64,000 bases of DNA, taken from a virus. The translations under genes were made by a program, and so were the position numbers. Below, one piece after another: positions 20,132 through 30,707 of this stretch. The stretch's first letter is position 1. Each line of letters begins with the position of its first letter. The DNA lies in the IMG/VR virus record IMGVR_UViG_3300022752_000019, positions 100,604-164,603 of that record; one strand, given 5' to 3'. The notes beneath the pieces are model-generated. The model saw nothing but the letters and a program-made list of their open reading frames with translations. It did not search any database and was not told the DNA's origin.

Positions 20132-23100
20132 TCCTCCGGATTTTCAATTTTGATGACATTGTCGGCTTTCAGCTTAGTGTACAGCGAGTCAACCATCTCA
20201 GCGGTCTTGTAGATAGACAGTGACTGTCGCTCCATTTCGCTCATGCCGCCGTTCAAGAACTGCTCGGCCTTCCCGGACATGCCGATGCCCTCTGTCACGA
20301 CGCCCGCAAGGGCGGAGCGTAACCCTGCCTGGTCGGTGGTCTTGATCTGCCCTCCCTCCGTCACCGCACCGGAAGACGCCAGTACCCGTGTCAGAGTTTC
20401 CTCGTCGAGTCCTGTCGCCTGCTTGGCCTCTGCAAGAGTGAGACCTCCCTTCTCTGCCTGCTCGAGCTGCTTGTAGACCTGGACACCAAACCCAAGAACA
20501 CGCTCTCCCTCGGAAGCAGTAGACCCGGCGCTAAAGTCCTGCTTGGCAAGCTGTTCAATAGCTGACCGGATGCCTTGCTGGTTGCCCTCAACCGTTAGAC
20601 CCTGCGCTGCTGCGGCAGTCACAAGGCCCTGGAGCTTCTCCTGCCTCTTGGCAGTAGACACCTTCGAGTCAATGGCTCCAGCAGCCTTGGAGATGGCCTC
20701 TGTAATCTCTTTCGATACCCCAGTCGCAGCACGATCGGCAGCACCCTTTCCGGTACGGCCCTTCAGCATTGTGTTCATATCCTTCAGGTCTCTTCCAGAG
20801 ACGTTTAGGCCATACTTTGAATTTATCCTCTTAGCCGCAGCCTCAAACTCGTCGTCAGTGACAAGTCCAGAAAGCTCCTTGTCGATATCCTTTTGATTGT
20901 CCGAGTACAGCTTCAGCAGTCCGGATGCCTCTCCTCCCTCTGCCAGTCGAGAGACTGCCTCCTCGTTATCGGTATCGAAGGCCAGCAGGCTTACTCCTCC
21001 CAGGAAGGCATTCCTGGCGCCAAACATGTCTGCGTCGGTGAACCCCGCAAACAAAGAGTCTCCGTACATTGCGCGCTTGGCATCAAGTTGGAGCTGCTTA
21101 ATGTCCTTCGCAGAACCCTCCGCGCCCTCTGTCCTTCCTACATTTGCTTCGGTGACAAGCTTGAGCCCGGCCTCTCCTCCCTGCTCTGCGATAAGCGCAA
21201 AGAGTTGGTCCTTATCGTAGGTGCGATACGTCTCCCCTTGTCGAAAACGGCCAAGTTTTAGGTCGTTAGCAAGGCGATCCATTTCCCGCTCAGTAAGAGC
21301 ACCGCCACCCTCCCTTAGCCGCGCGACTCGATTTGCAATGTCTACTCCGGAAGCGGCCGCACGCGCACGCGTCTCATCAGTCATGGAGGGCAGAGCGTTG
21401 CGCAGCGCCCCGAAGTCTCCCGATACCGCGGATAGCCGAGCTGCATCTCCCACGCCGAGCTTCACGTTGAGCGTATCTGCTCCGCGAAGTCCGCTGATGA
21501 TGGCATCTTGCATCGCCTTACTGCTGGCTCCGGCGATTACATCGTTGCCGCCACCAAGCATAACCCGCTCGACGTCCTGGAGACCCCCTACAATATCTCG
21601 GTAGCCTTCTGAGAACGGTTTTGTAAGCGTCTTTTTCGCATCCTCGAGGGTTCCAGTAATCTTTGTATAGGTCCCGCCTAACGTGCGCTGCTCTTTAAGT
21701 TCGGCCGCCCTGTCGTTAACACGCATCTCTTGAACCAACGCATCCATACGCTGCTTTCTCGTGTCCCTGAGTTTCTGGAGGTTGCGGACAGTTCTTCGAT
21801 CCATGTTCAGCTGAGTTTCAGCGACCAGCTGGAAGAGATCTTCGTTTTCTCCCGCTCCAGCACCATGCTGTTGTTCTGTCAGCGACTTGATCATGCCGAG
21901 AAGCGCATCCTGCCCCTCGCCAGTCTCCAGCATCGAGGACATGATGTCCTGTCTACGGGCTACGAACGATGCCTGCCCCTCTCTCGTATTCCGCTTACCT
22001 CCCGCAATACGGGACATCTGATCCCGCGTCATCACGCCGGCAGACATCGACTCGAGGATTCCGCGGTCAACATCGCCCGTAAATCGCCCAGACTCGTCTA
22101 CCTGGCCTGCGGCAAGAAGCATGGCGGTTCCAAGACCGCCGGAGAGGCCTTGCATTGTGCCCGAAAGCGTCTGCTGCGCGAGCATCTGCGCTGCTTCGAG
22201 CGGAGTGCCTGCGCCCGTAATGTCGATCATCTGCTCTGGACTCATCGCGCCCGACTTGATCGCGCCCATAAACTGCTCAGTCATCGCAGTCATCGTGCGC
22301 GCACCGCCGAGACCGGACATCTGCGCACTACGAGTCATTCCAGCCCCAGCGCGCTGCATGGCCGCAAACTGGTCCGAGGACATGCCAAAGCCGCGCATCA
22401 GGGTCATGCTGGCAGTGTTGCCCATGACATCTTGAGCAGTGTAGAAGCCCGATCCCCGCATGTCGCGGAAGATGTTTCCTGCCTCCTCCATGCTGGTCCC
22501 GAGCTTACGGGCCATCTCGTGCATGGTCTTTCCAAGCTGAGTCACACGCTTGGCAAGCTTTTCTGCATCCTGGATGCCTTGGTGCATCCCCATTTCGGTA
22601 AAGCGTTCCGTCGCACGGAGTGCATCAGACATCGACACAAACGGGTTATTTGCTCCAATCGCAGAGATTCCCCTTTGAAGGGTCATTAGGTCGCGCTGAC
22701 TGAATCCTCTGCCGGTTCGCGGATCTCCAGACGCATTTGCGAACTGCATGTTTCCAAACATTGCCCCAACTTGATTGGCTTGTTGCACTCCCGACGCAGC
22801 GAGGCCCGCTACTGCGGAGGCGCCCATGAGCCCAAGCCCCGCGTATCCTCCTACCATACCCATCATGAGGCCGCTATCCGCGGCAGTTCCAATCCAGCCG
22901 GACGTCAAAATGGGAGCTCCCAGCAACCGAGACCCAAGGTTGATTAGCCCTGCGCCCATGACGCCTGCCTGTCCGGCTTCTGCCATCCCATGTACTGCGC
23001 CAATTCCTCCTGAGACTAAGGAGTTACCCATGTAAGCCCCCCCTCGATGCTGCGCATGAGGAGTGTCTTGGGCGTAGCTAAACGAGGGGGGGTAGTGAGA

Positions 23101-23148
23101 TGAGCCCAAGGTGGGCTGCATCTGCTGCATTCCCGGGTTGGTGTACAT
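20128..23148 (-). CDS. Tape measure protein (putative)
   Basis: 1006 aa, helical and Gly/Ala/Met-rich, with hydrophobic N-terminal segments; upstream of hub and baseplate genes. Confidence 0.75.
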   Translation of the reverse strand: MYTNPGMQQMQPTLGSSHYPPSFSYAQDTPHAQHRGGAYMGNSLVSGGIGAVHGMAEAGQAGVMGAGLINLGSRLLGAPILTSGWIGTAADSGLMMGMVGGYAGLGLMGASAVAGLAASGVQQANQVGAMFGNMQFANASGDPRTGRGFSQRDLMTLQRGISAIGANNPFVSMSDALRATERFTEMGMHQGIQDAEKLAKRVTQLGKTMHEMARKLGTSMEEAGNIFRDMRGSGFYTAQDVMGNTASMTLMRGFGMSSDQFAAMQRAGAGMTRSAQMSGLGGARTMTAMTEQFMGAIKSGAMSPEQMIDITGAGTPLEAAQMLAQQTLSGTMQGLSGGLGTAMLLAAGQVDESGRFTGDVDRGILESMSAGVMTRDQMSRIAGGKRNTREGQASFVARRQDIMSSMLETGEGQDALLGMIKSLTEQQHGAGAGENEDLFQLVAETQLNMDRRTVRNLQKLRDTRKQRMDALVQEMRVNDRAAELKEQRTLGGTYTKITGTLEDAKKTLTKPFSEGYRDIVGGLQDVERVMLGGGNDVIAGASSKAMQDAIISGLRGADTLNVKLGVGDAARLSAVSGDFGALRNALPSMTDETRARAAASGVDIANRVARLREGGGALTEREMDRLANDLKLGRFRQGETYRTYDKDQLFALIAEQGGEAGLKLVTEANVGRTEGAEGSAKDIKQLQLDAKRAMYGDSLFAGFTDADMFGARNAFLGGVSLLAFDTDNEEAVSRLAEGGEASGLLKLYSDNQKDIDKELSGLVTDDEFEAAAKRINSKYGLNVSGRDLKDMNTMLKGRTGKGAADRAATGVSKEITEAISKAAGAIDSKVSTAKRQEKLQGLVTAAAAQGLTVEGNQQGIRSAIEQLAKQDFSAGSTASEGERVLGFGVQVYKQLEQAEKGGLTLAEAKQATGLDEETLTRVLASSGAVTEGGQIKTTDQAGLRSALAGVVTEGIGMSGKAEQFLNGGMSEMERQSLSIYKTAEMVDSLYTKLKADNVIKIENPEE

Positions 23149-23175
23149 AAAAAACCCCTGGTTTTAGGTCATAAT
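23148..23175 (+). promoter_or_regulatory. Phage promoter motif TAAA-N16-GTCATAAT
   Basis: Matches a motif repeated at least 17 times in the window. Confidence 0.7.
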
Positions 23176-23187
23176 ATAGGTAAGGAG

Positions 23188-23538
23188 GTGCCTATGTTTT
23201 TGGCTCTTATTGCGTTCGCAGTGGCAAACGTTACCGCAACCACCGCCGCCAAAGTCCGCGAGGACGAGGCGGAGAAGAACGAGCGGCGGGCCTTTGCCGC
23301 CGCCTTGAAGGAGGCGACTGTCCTCCTTCAGGGGGAGAAGGTCAGCCCCTGGGCGGAAAGGGGCTACGAAGACAACGGTGCTCGATCGGTCGTTCTCCAC
23401 GGGGTGGAGTTTTTCTTCACGCCCGCGGAGGTCTCGTGGCTGGAAACGGCCACGAGCGGGGGCACTGATTTCAGTGCTCCCGAAGTTGCCCATCTGTTGG
23501 GCAAAGGCCTGCTGCGGGCCCACGCAAAGCCGCAGTAG
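23188..23538 (+). CDS. Hypothetical protein (single-gene cassette)
   Basis: Strong RBS AAGGAGG, own promoter, UUCG hairpin at 23543-23564. Confidence 0.7.
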   Translation: MPMFLALIAFAVANVTATTAAKVREDEAEKNERRAFAAALKEATVLLQGEKVSPWAERGYEDNGARSVVLHGVEFFFTPAEVSWLETATSGGTDFSAPEVAHLLGKGLLRAHAKPQ

Positions 23539-23576
23539 TAGAGCGGGGCCCTTCGGGGCCCCGCCTCTCAGCGCGG

Positions 23577-23771
23577 TCACGTTAGCTGACATGGACCGCG
23601 CTCTTTCTCATTCGAGAGCGTGAACTTACCCGTCTCTTTAGCTACCAGAAAAGACTTGATGATAGATCGCTCAAACCGCGCCAGCGGCTCAGCTCCCTGA
23701 GACTGAAACCACTTGTCGAACGCCTCGATTTCTCGATCCGTACGATCTAAAAGTTCTTTCTTTGTGGTCAT
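23577..23771 (-). CDS. Small hypothetical protein (64 aa)
   Basis: MTTKKELLDRTDREIEAFDKWF...; GGAG RBS; converges on the hairpin at 23543. Confidence 0.55.
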   Translation of the reverse strand: MTTKKELLDRTDREIEAFDKWFQSQGAEPLARFERSIIKSFLVAKETGKFTLSNEKERGPCQLT

Positions 23772-23789
23772 AACTTCTCCGGAGGTCAC

Positions 23790-25064
23790 ATGGAGTATAT
23801 CACCCTGTACAATCATGCGCGAAACGGCGGACTGCGGATCTGGCAGGTTGCCGTCGTTGGGAACGAGGTCCACACGCGGTTTGGTCAGCTTAACGGCAAG
23901 CTCCAGACCGTCGTGGACTACGGCATGGAGAAGAATGTTGGCAAGACCAACTACATTTCGGCCGAGCAGGATGCTCAGAACATGATGTCTCGGATGATCC
24001 GCGATCAGAAGCGGCAGGGCTACTCCGAGGACGCCCCGGCGGGAGATGTGGGGTTTGCTCCGTTTGCGGAGCTTCCCGACAATCTGGCCTTCTACAAGCC
24101 GCAGAACACGCTCAGTCCGGCTCTGCGGAAGAAGCTGGACGAAGGCATGGCGTGGGCTCTGCGGAAGTACGACGGCGAGATGATGGTCATCCAGCGTCGT
24201 CTGGACGGTTCGGTGGTTATGTACTCGCGGCGCATGCTGAAGTCGCACCACAACGAGGACATTCCCTGGGCAGAGCGGTTTCCGTTCATCGCCGAGGAGG
24301 CGCGTCGCCTGCCGGTCGGCACGATTCTGCTTGGCGAGGTCACGGGGCCGCACGATCACGATGATCGCTGGCTCGTGGCGCAGGTGATGAAGTCCCTCAC
24401 CCCGCGCTCCCTCGAGCTTCAGCAGGAGCACGGGTTCTTGCGCTACCGTGCGTGGGATGTGGCATGGTACAAATACATACAGCTTCTCGGAGAGATACAG
24501 TATCGCTACAGGTACGACGTGCTCGAAGAGATCGCCGGCACTCACATCCTGGCAGCAGAGGCATTCATCGACTCCGACGTGGAGAGTGCGGATCAACTGC
24601 AAGAGATGGCCGCCAGGAACAAGTGGGAGGGCTTCGTCATCGTCGATCCCACGTCAACGTACGGAGATCGCGGCTTCAACCTGCGGGGAAAGGCCGAGCG
24701 GCCGTCAACCTGCGGCAAGCTGAAGCCCTTCTTCGAGGACGACTTCATCGCACGCTGGAACCCCGCGCAAGGAGTGGGAAGTCACGGGAGCGGCAAGTAC
24801 TCGGGAATGCTCGGCGCAGTCGAGCTCTACCAGTACGACGCCGCAGGAGAGCTGCGATACATCTGCGAATGTGGCAACGGGTTCACGGCCGACTTCATCG
24901 CCAGGAACTCAGACCCCTCATGCTGGCCCAAGGTCATTCAGGTGCGCTACGAGTCTCGCACCTACATGAGCGAGGGCGATAAGTCCAACGCCCTTCAGTT
25001 CCCGCGCTTCATCGCAGAGCGCGGAGACAAGGACGCGGAGGAGTGCATCAACCCCCTGCTGTAG
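23790..25064 (+). CDS. ATP-dependent DNA ligase with WGR-like N-terminus
   Basis: KYDG adenylation motif, LLGEV, WEGFVI, KLKP, and the OB-fold LQFPRF. Confidence 0.92.
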   Translation: MEYITLYNHARNGGLRIWQVAVVGNEVHTRFGQLNGKLQTVVDYGMEKNVGKTNYISAEQDAQNMMSRMIRDQKRQGYSEDAPAGDVGFAPFAELPDNLAFYKPQNTLSPALRKKLDEGMAWALRKYDGEMMVIQRRLDGSVVMYSRRMLKSHHNEDIPWAERFPFIAEEARRLPVGTILLGEVTGPHDHDDRWLVAQVMKSLTPRSLELQQEHGFLRYRAWDVAWYKYIQLLGEIQYRYRYDVLEEIAGTHILAAEAFIDSDVESADQLQEMAARNKWEGFVIVDPTSTYGDRGFNLRGKAERPSTCGKLKPFFEDDFIARWNPAQGVGSHGSGKYSGMLGAVELYQYDAAGELRYICECGNGFTADFIARNSDPSCWPKVIQVRYESRTYMSEGDKSNALQFPRFIAERGDKDAEECINPLL

Positions 25065-25098
25065 TACAAGGTCCCCGCAGATAACTGCGGGGCCTTTT

Positions 25099-25464
25099 TT
25101 AGCCTCCGAAGATGAATGCTTCCTTCGGATGTCCGGCTTGCTCTTTGGCAGCCTCCTCTGCCCTGCGGGATACCTCGGCCATCTCTTGTTGCTGCCTGCG
25201 ATGCGCCTCGGCTCGCCTGCGAATCTGGTGAATCTCTTTGAGCTTCTCTTCCACTGCATCTTCCGAGAAGATGCGCTGCTCGATCAGCAGTGCCTTCATC
25301 GAGGCAAGGAGGTCATCGTGCGTGGTGGCCGCCTCTCCCAGCACCGCGTCATTGGCAAAGAGAGCCTGAACTTCACGAATGAGGCGATCAATCCCATCCG
25401 CCTGAACCTTCTCGAGAGTGGCAACTCGCTTCTCGAGCGCGATAATGCGTTCTTCCTGGGTCAT
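25099..25464 (-). CDS. Coiled-coil hypothetical protein
   Basis: ORF with RBS; hairpin at 25068-25094. Confidence 0.65.
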   Translation of the reverse strand: MTQEERIIALEKRVATLEKVQADGIDRLIREVQALFANDAVLGEAATTHDDLLASMKALLIEQRIFSEDAVEEKLKEIHQIRRRAEAHRRQQQEMAEVSRRAEEAAKEQAGHPKEAFIFGG

Positions 25465-25805
25465 GTCAGCTCCGCTCCAAGGATGACTTTGACTTCCTTC
25501 TCCATCTCAGTGACCCCCTCCTCCAGCTCCTCCACGAACTCCTCAATGAGATCGGTGGAGACGGGGGCTCCCTCACAGGAGATCTGAGCCAGAGGCTCAG
25601 GTACTCCATCACGCGGCAAATAACGCGTGCGAAGAATTTGGGCCAGTGTAGATTGGACCGCGGCGCGCTGTTTGAGTTCTCGAACCTGTGTCAGGACAAG
25701 GCCAACCGTCTTTGTTGCAGCAGGCATAAAAAAGTCCTCCAAATCAGGTATAACATACTTGTGAAGAAACTGAGAAGTCTCCGGAGAAATCGACGAAGTA
25801 CTCAC
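25461..25805 (-). CDS. Hypothetical protein
   Basis: Coupled ORF. Confidence 0.6.
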   Translation of the reverse strand: MSTSSISPETSQFLHKYVIPDLEDFFMPAATKTVGLVLTQVRELKQRAAVQSTLAQILRTRYLPRDGVPEPLAQISCEGAPVSTDLIEEFVEELEEGVTEMEKEVKVILGAELT

Positions 25806-25853
25806 CGCACCCAGGGCGTACCGGACTGTTCGGGAAAGCTGGGTGTGATTTTT

Positions 25854-27449
25854 TTAGGAGGACTTCTCTTTCTTGCGCTTATCCCTGAAGTGCTTAATCG
25901 CAGGCACTCCGAGCACACCAAGACCTCCGAGCTCTACTGCATGCTCGAGGGAGTGGTTCTTGTGTAGGTAGTCTGACAGCGGCTTTGCGGCGCTGCGCAC
26001 CCCGGGGATCTTGGCCCCCAGATGGGCCGCGGCCGGGGCAGCTAAGATGCCAAGACCGGCGAGTTCCATTCCGTGGCCGAGGTCTTCGTCCGAAGACGCT
26101 ATCTTAAATGAGGCTTCTTTCAGAGTCGAGTTGCCGCGCTTGGCCGATTTTAGCGCGTTTCTGGCGTCGGACAGAGTTCCATAGAAGTGAATGCCCTCAG
26201 AACCTTTAGCACCGTGAAGGTGACTCTCTGTTCTGCCAAAAGGGCGCCCGTAGTCGCCGCGAGCGTCTGCTACTGACTCTCCGAGCGCAACTGCTTCCTC
26301 TCTCTGCTTCTTTAGCCACGTTTTACTGGCAGGGTTTCCTTTCTTGTTCAGATACCACCAACGGGGATCGGTGACTTGCCCTCTGTACTGTAGAATCGGC
26401 CTTCCTGCCTTCTTCTCAAGTTGTTTTCCGGAAGTCCTATTTTTAGCTGACCCGTCTGCCGGCTCGTTCTTCGGCCAAAGCTCGCGCCGAGCCCAGTAGT
26501 TTGCGCTGAACTTGTCGTTCGCGGTCAGACTTCCGTCCTTTCCGCGGATACCGGCAGAGCGCGTCAGGTAGTTCTTCTTGGCGGCATCTGAGTAGTTGTG
26601 CTTGTAGCCCTTCTGTCCAAAGTGGATCAGCTTGACTTTGTCCCCCTTCTTGGCGAGGACCATCTTCTTCTTCTCAGGCCGGTCGGAGTCGACAGGCTGA
26701 TTGTATCCAGGGAACTTCTTGCCTCGGTACTCGACCTCGGCCTCTTTACCCATCGCGTTTGCGATGCGGGCCTTCTTGCCGGCGCTGTACTCCGGGTGCT
26801 CCCGCTTGAGGGCACGGTAGATCTCTTTGACCTTTTCGGGTCGATCTTGGCTTAGAAATGGGGGCATGTCTGCTGCTGTCTTTGCTACAGGTCTCTCTGG
26901 ATTAGTGAGCTTTTTTGCTAAGTTGTACTCTGCTACGTTGTAGAGCCCTTTACCAAGGGCTCCTAAGCCAAACCCAATTGCTCCCGCTCCGACTCCTGCC
27001 TTTAGTCGCCTATTTACAATATCTGTAACTTCTGGGTTAAGAGAAACATTCTTGTTCAGTAGCGAATCTATAACAGACCTTGTTCCTGCGTTTTGCAAAA
27101 TGGCGTAGTCTTTTACCGCCTGGGCGATAGCCTTTGATCGCGGCTCTGACCGAAGCAACGTACTAGTTACAAAGGGACTTCCAACGGCGGCCCCTGCCGC
27201 TGCGCCTCCGGCAACTCCGGCAGCGCCTGTTGCCAAGACATTATGAGAGTACGCCAGCCCTTTCTGCTCGGGATCCCCTCTGCCTGCGCCAATCCCGTAA
27301 GATCTTGCCGAGTCTTTGAGCCCGATTCCCATCGCCACTTGTGACCCATCTGCGGGATGAGGGACGCCCCCTCCTGTCTTCAAAATTGCAGGAAAATCGC
27401 CTGTTGCGAGTTTTTGGGAAACGAAGCCCCGAAATTCTTTGTAGGTCAC
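25854..27449 (-). CDS. Modular K-x-A-punctuated protein (includes a DUF5754-like module)
   Basis: Modules delimited by KLA, KTAA, KEAE, KKAG, KEAS and KIAS. One module reads SDRPEKKKMV..KLIHFGQKGY..SANYWARRELW. Confidence 0.75.
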   Translation of the reverse strand: MTYKEFRGFVSQKLATGDFPAILKTGGGVPHPADGSQVAMGIGLKDSARSYGIGAGRGDPEQKGLAYSHNVLATGAAGVAGGAAAGAAVGSPFVTSTLLRSEPRSKAIAQAVKDYAILQNAGTRSVIDSLLNKNVSLNPEVTDIVNRRLKAGVGAGAIGFGLGALGKGLYNVAEYNLAKKLTNPERPVAKTAADMPPFLSQDRPEKVKEIYRALKREHPEYSAGKKARIANAMGKEAEVEYRGKKFPGYNQPVDSDRPEKKKMVLAKKGDKVKLIHFGQKGYKHNYSDAAKKNYLTRSAGIRGKDGSLTANDKFSANYWARRELWPKNEPADGSAKNRTSGKQLEKKAGRPILQYRGQVTDPRWWYLNKKGNPASKTWLKKQREEAVALGESVADARGDYGRPFGRTESHLHGAKGSEGIHFYGTLSDARNALKSAKRGNSTLKEASFKIASSDEDLGHGMELAGLGILAAPAAAHLGAKIPGVRSAAKPLSDYLHKNHSLEHAVELGGLGVLGVPAIKHFRDKRKKEKSS

Positions 27450-27467
27450 GAAAGTCCTCGATTAGAC

Positions 27468-29609
27468 TTAGAGCGATGAAGCTTGCTCGTAGAAGGCATC
27501 ATTTTCACGTCTTTCTTTAGCCTCCTGCCGGAATTTTCTCAAGTTACTGAAAAGTGTCCCCTCAACAGGTCGATCATTGTAAAACATATGTTTGAGATTT
27601 CGTAGGCCCGCCACGTAATCTCCGGAGTAATGCTTCTTGCCCGCGTAGGCACCCAAAGCTGGGAGTGCAATTGCAGCCGGGTAATCTACAAGACCCGCCA
27701 AATAGGGTCGATCTCTTATGGCAGTGTCAACTTTTGAGCCCTTGAGCGGCATAGCTAGGATATTCATGTCTGAGATATCTTTGCCAACTCGACTCTGCTC
27801 GGACCGGCCCATTGCTGTAGGAACTGCTATGCCACCAGCCAAGGCTGTAAGCATCCCGCCAGTGTAATCTTTAGTCGTGGCTTTTCCAGAGAGAAGACGT
27901 ACTGCGCGGTTTGGGTTTGCGAGCGCAGTAGATACTGCCGCACCCCCGAGTATGGCAGGATAGGCGACAAGGTTCAAAACGACGTTTCTTGCCGCAGCAC
28001 TGGCAAGACTGTCGGCAGTACGTGGATCCTTGCCCTGAGAAATAAGTTTCTTTCTTTCTTTCTCCTTAAAAGCGACCATTTCTGGAGTTCTTAGCTTTTT
28101 TTCGATGAAATCAGAAGCCTTGCCGTATCCATAAGCTGCCCCCACTGACGTAGCTCCAATTGCGGCCGTTGGCACGGCCATGAGCTTGAGAGCTGAGCCC
28201 GCCTCACGTAGGCCCTCGAGCGTAGACGGGCTAAAGGCAGCTTTTTTCTCTTGCGGAGAAGTATACAAGGATCGAATCTTGTTTACCCCGGCCTTTATAC
28301 CGCGCCCTGTCAGGGTTCCTTTTTGAAAAATGGCATCTTGTGCAAGATCTGCGCCTAAGAGCCCAACTCCCGCATATGGCGAGGCTCTTTTTAGCGCACG
28401 CAGACGTTCTCCCATTGAAATAGGGTCAGACTTATTTGGTAGGTCAAGTCTTAGAAACGGCGTGCCAGTCCGGTTGTCAAGAAGGTCTACGCTACGAAAA
28501 TCCTTAAGAGGAATTGACTCTGGAACTGACAGGTCATTTACTGGATCGAAAGTTGGCAGGAAACCTGCCAACTCGTGCTTAATCCCAGGGTTAACGGATA
28601 GAAGTCCGCTGACCATGGGAAAGTCGCTAAGCGACTTAAGGTTGTCGCGCTTTGCCCTTACGCCGAACGTAACTCCGAGATCTCCTGCGAACATTTTGTT
28701 CGTAATATCGGAGATGGTTTTATCCGTAAGGGATGGGTTAAGGCGACGCAGCTCTTGGCGGACAGTATTCGGATCTTGGTCACGAATAGCCTGCATAAGG
28801 AGCTTAACATCGTCGGTAGATTGCGCCTTAGACGTTAGGCCCTTAACATCTCGCTCATACTTCATCTTATCAAGAGTTTGCGTTACCTCTGGTACTACAC
28901 CGCCAGTAAACACATTTAGCATAGTAGTGAGGTTTTTCTTTGCTGCCGCTACCGGATCTGTAGCCATCTCATCAAGACGGCCCTGTATCATTTCCAGTTC
29001 ACTTTTTGGCGTTCCGTACATAGCAGTGACGCGAGGCGTCTGCGCCATGTAAATCCTCTTTCCCGCCTCCTGCATGGCAGGGCGTGCCTTTTGCATCAAC
29101 TGCTCGATTTTATCGGGAGCGATGCCCTCGCCCATTAGCACCTTAGTTGCTCCGCGCTCTATTGCGGCAATTGAGTCGAACCCTTGAATTCCTCTACTAC
29201 GTGCGAGGTCCATCTCCTCACGCGCGGCAGTGGTCATTCTCTCCAACAAGTCGTCTGACGGCTGAAGTCCCGCGTCCATGAGATGCCGGTTAAACGCATT
29301 TGCAAGCATCTTTGAGTTTAAGCGATCAGCAAAGCCAGAAAAGCGTGTATCAAGGCCAGTTACCGAAGGGTCAGGCCCCCCTCCCATAATTGCAGCTGCC
29401 GACGACGGAGATGTTCCGTGATACAAAACTGCATCAGGCGAGCCCATGGTCTTAGCAGTGCGAAGGTTAGCAGTGGCTATGCCAGTTCCGGCCAGCCCCT
29501 GGGCAATCCTTCCCAAAAGTGGCTTATCTGCGGACTGGTTTTGCTGTTCCGTCGTAGAGGGTGCCCCTGAAATCTTAACGAGGCTTTTTTCAAATCCGTA
29601 GCGCATCAC
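27468..29609 (-). CDS. Modular protein with ADP-ribosyltransferase-like LYHGTS module and membrane module
   Basis: Leader YGFEKSLVKISG, then LYHGTS...IYMA, then EKKAAF and Gly-rich transmembrane helices. Confidence 0.7.
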   Translation of the reverse strand: MMRYGFEKSLVKISGAPSTTEQQNQSADKPLLGRIAQGLAGTGIATANLRTAKTMGSPDAVLYHGTSPSSAAAIMGGGPDPSVTGLDTRFSGFADRLNSKMLANAFNRHLMDAGLQPSDDLLERMTTAAREEMDLARSRGIQGFDSIAAIERGATKVLMGEGIAPDKIEQLMQKARPAMQEAGKRIYMAQTPRVTAMYGTPKSELEMIQGRLDEMATDPVAAAKKNLTTMLNVFTGGVVPEVTQTLDKMKYERDVKGLTSKAQSTDDVKLLMQAIRDQDPNTVRQELRRLNPSLTDKTISDITNKMFAGDLGVTFGVRAKRDNLKSLSDFPMVSGLLSVNPGIKHELAGFLPTFDPVNDLSVPESIPLKDFRSVDLLDNRTGTPFLRLDLPNKSDPISMGERLRALKRASPYAGVGLLGADLAQDAIFQKGTLTGRGIKAGVNKIRSLYTSPQEKKAAFSPSTLEGLREAGSALKLMAVPTAAIGATSVGAAYGYGKASDFIEKKLRTPEMVAFKEKERKKLISQGKDPRTADSLASAAARNVVLNLVAYPAILGGAAVSTALANPNRAVRLLSGKATTKDYTGGMLTALAGGIAVPTAMGRSEQSRVGKDISDMNILAMPLKGSKVDTAIRDRPYLAGLVDYPAAIALPALGAYAGKKHYSGDYVAGLRNLKHMFYNDRPVEGTLFSNLRKFRQEAKERRENDAFYEQASSL

Positions 29610-30700
29610 TTCTTCCTCAAGCTTGTGTTGGCGGCCAGTCCGTGAGAGCTGTACTGCTCTCCCTTGCGTGTGGCTTCGCGCTTCTTACGGGCAGCGGCGG
29701 CAAGTTGGTCTTTGCCTTCCTCCGTCTTACGTAGTCTATCTGCTTTTTGCTTCGGCAGATAGACTCCACGTCCGCCCTGTCCGGGCTTATCGCCGCCAGT
29801 CCAGTTCCAGTCCTGCTTCGTCCACTTCTTGAGCGAGTTGGTCGAGGACGTGGGCTTTGAGCCGGAGTAGCCGCCGCCCTTCTTCTTGTAGATCTGAGTC
29901 GCAAGTTGCATCGCGCGTGCGGAATGCTTGCCCCCCATCTTGGCCTTGGCCTCTGCCTTGGCTGCTTCCCACTTCTGAGGATCAGTCTTTGTTGCAACTG
30001 ATGAAAGCTTGCTCAGCCCCATCCTGAGAGATGGGAAGCTTGCCAACTTTGAGAACCACTCCGACTTCTCAGCGTCCTCCCATGCCTTGGCAGCGGTCCG
30101 GAATTTGTCCGCCGCGCTTGGATCTGGATTTCTATCGGGATGATACTTCATCGCCGCTGCTCTATACGCCGTCTTGAACTCTGCTTTTGTCTTCGGAGGC
30201 TCCCCGACGCCACCAAGATCTTTCCAAATATCGCTTGCGTTGCGCTGCGTGCGGCCGGCAAAAGATCCTTCTCCTCTGTACTGGTTTTTGTGCCTGTACT
30301 GGTTTTTGTACCTGCTCCACCAGTCTTCGGTTTTTTGCTCGTAATTTTTCCAATATTTTGACTGTTCTTCCCGCCACCGATCATTCGCCGCCTGTCTAGC
30401 TCCAATACGGTCAAACTGATGGCCTAAAAGTCCATAAAAGATCCCGCTGCTGATACCTCTTATCAGCATGGCCCTGCGGCGCCGCTCTTCTACAGATTTG
30501 CGACGTTCTTCTGGGGTCTTAGCATCTTTGGCAGGCCTGATTCGAGGATCAAACTTAGCAAAAAGAGCGCCCCCGCTGGCACCTATTCCCAGGCCAATAA
30601 GCAATCCCTTGTGAAGACTAAGCGCCTGCCCAATGTCCGTTTTTACAGAAGAACCAGAAGAAGTTTTGATGAGCGTGTGTGCATCGCTGTACTTGGACAT
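29606..30700 (-). CDS. Modular protein: transmembrane + DnaJ domain + DUF5872-like module
   Basis: AYRAAAMKYHPDRNP is a J-domain HPD motif; also SARAMQLA..YKKKGGGY..SLKKWTKQDW. ATG 30700 has an RBS. Confidence 0.75.
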   Translation of the reverse strand: MSKYSDAHTLIKTSSGSSVKTDIGQALSLHKGLLIGLGIGASGGALFAKFDPRIRPAKDAKTPEERRKSVEERRRRAMLIRGISSGIFYGLLGHQFDRIGARQAANDRWREEQSKYWKNYEQKTEDWWSRYKNQYRHKNQYRGEGSFAGRTQRNASDIWKDLGGVGEPPKTKAEFKTAYRAAAMKYHPDRNPDPSAADKFRTAAKAWEDAEKSEWFSKLASFPSLRMGLSKLSSVATKTDPQKWEAAKAEAKAKMGGKHSARAMQLATQIYKKKGGGYSGSKPTSSTNSLKKWTKQDWNWTGGDKPGQGGRGVYLPKQKADRLRKTEEGKDQLAAAARKKREATRKGEQYSSHGLAANTSLRKK

Positions 30701-30707
30701 GGAGATT

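Noticed and set aside
1-23148. Bacterial contractile injection system or prophage rather than a free phage
   Set aside because: No host housekeeping genes, and the tRNA array, ligase, lysis genes and early cassettes fit a large phage.
30279-30314. 18-bp tandem duplication
   Set aside because: An in-frame linker duplication (R[YH]KNQY twice) with no sign of independent function.
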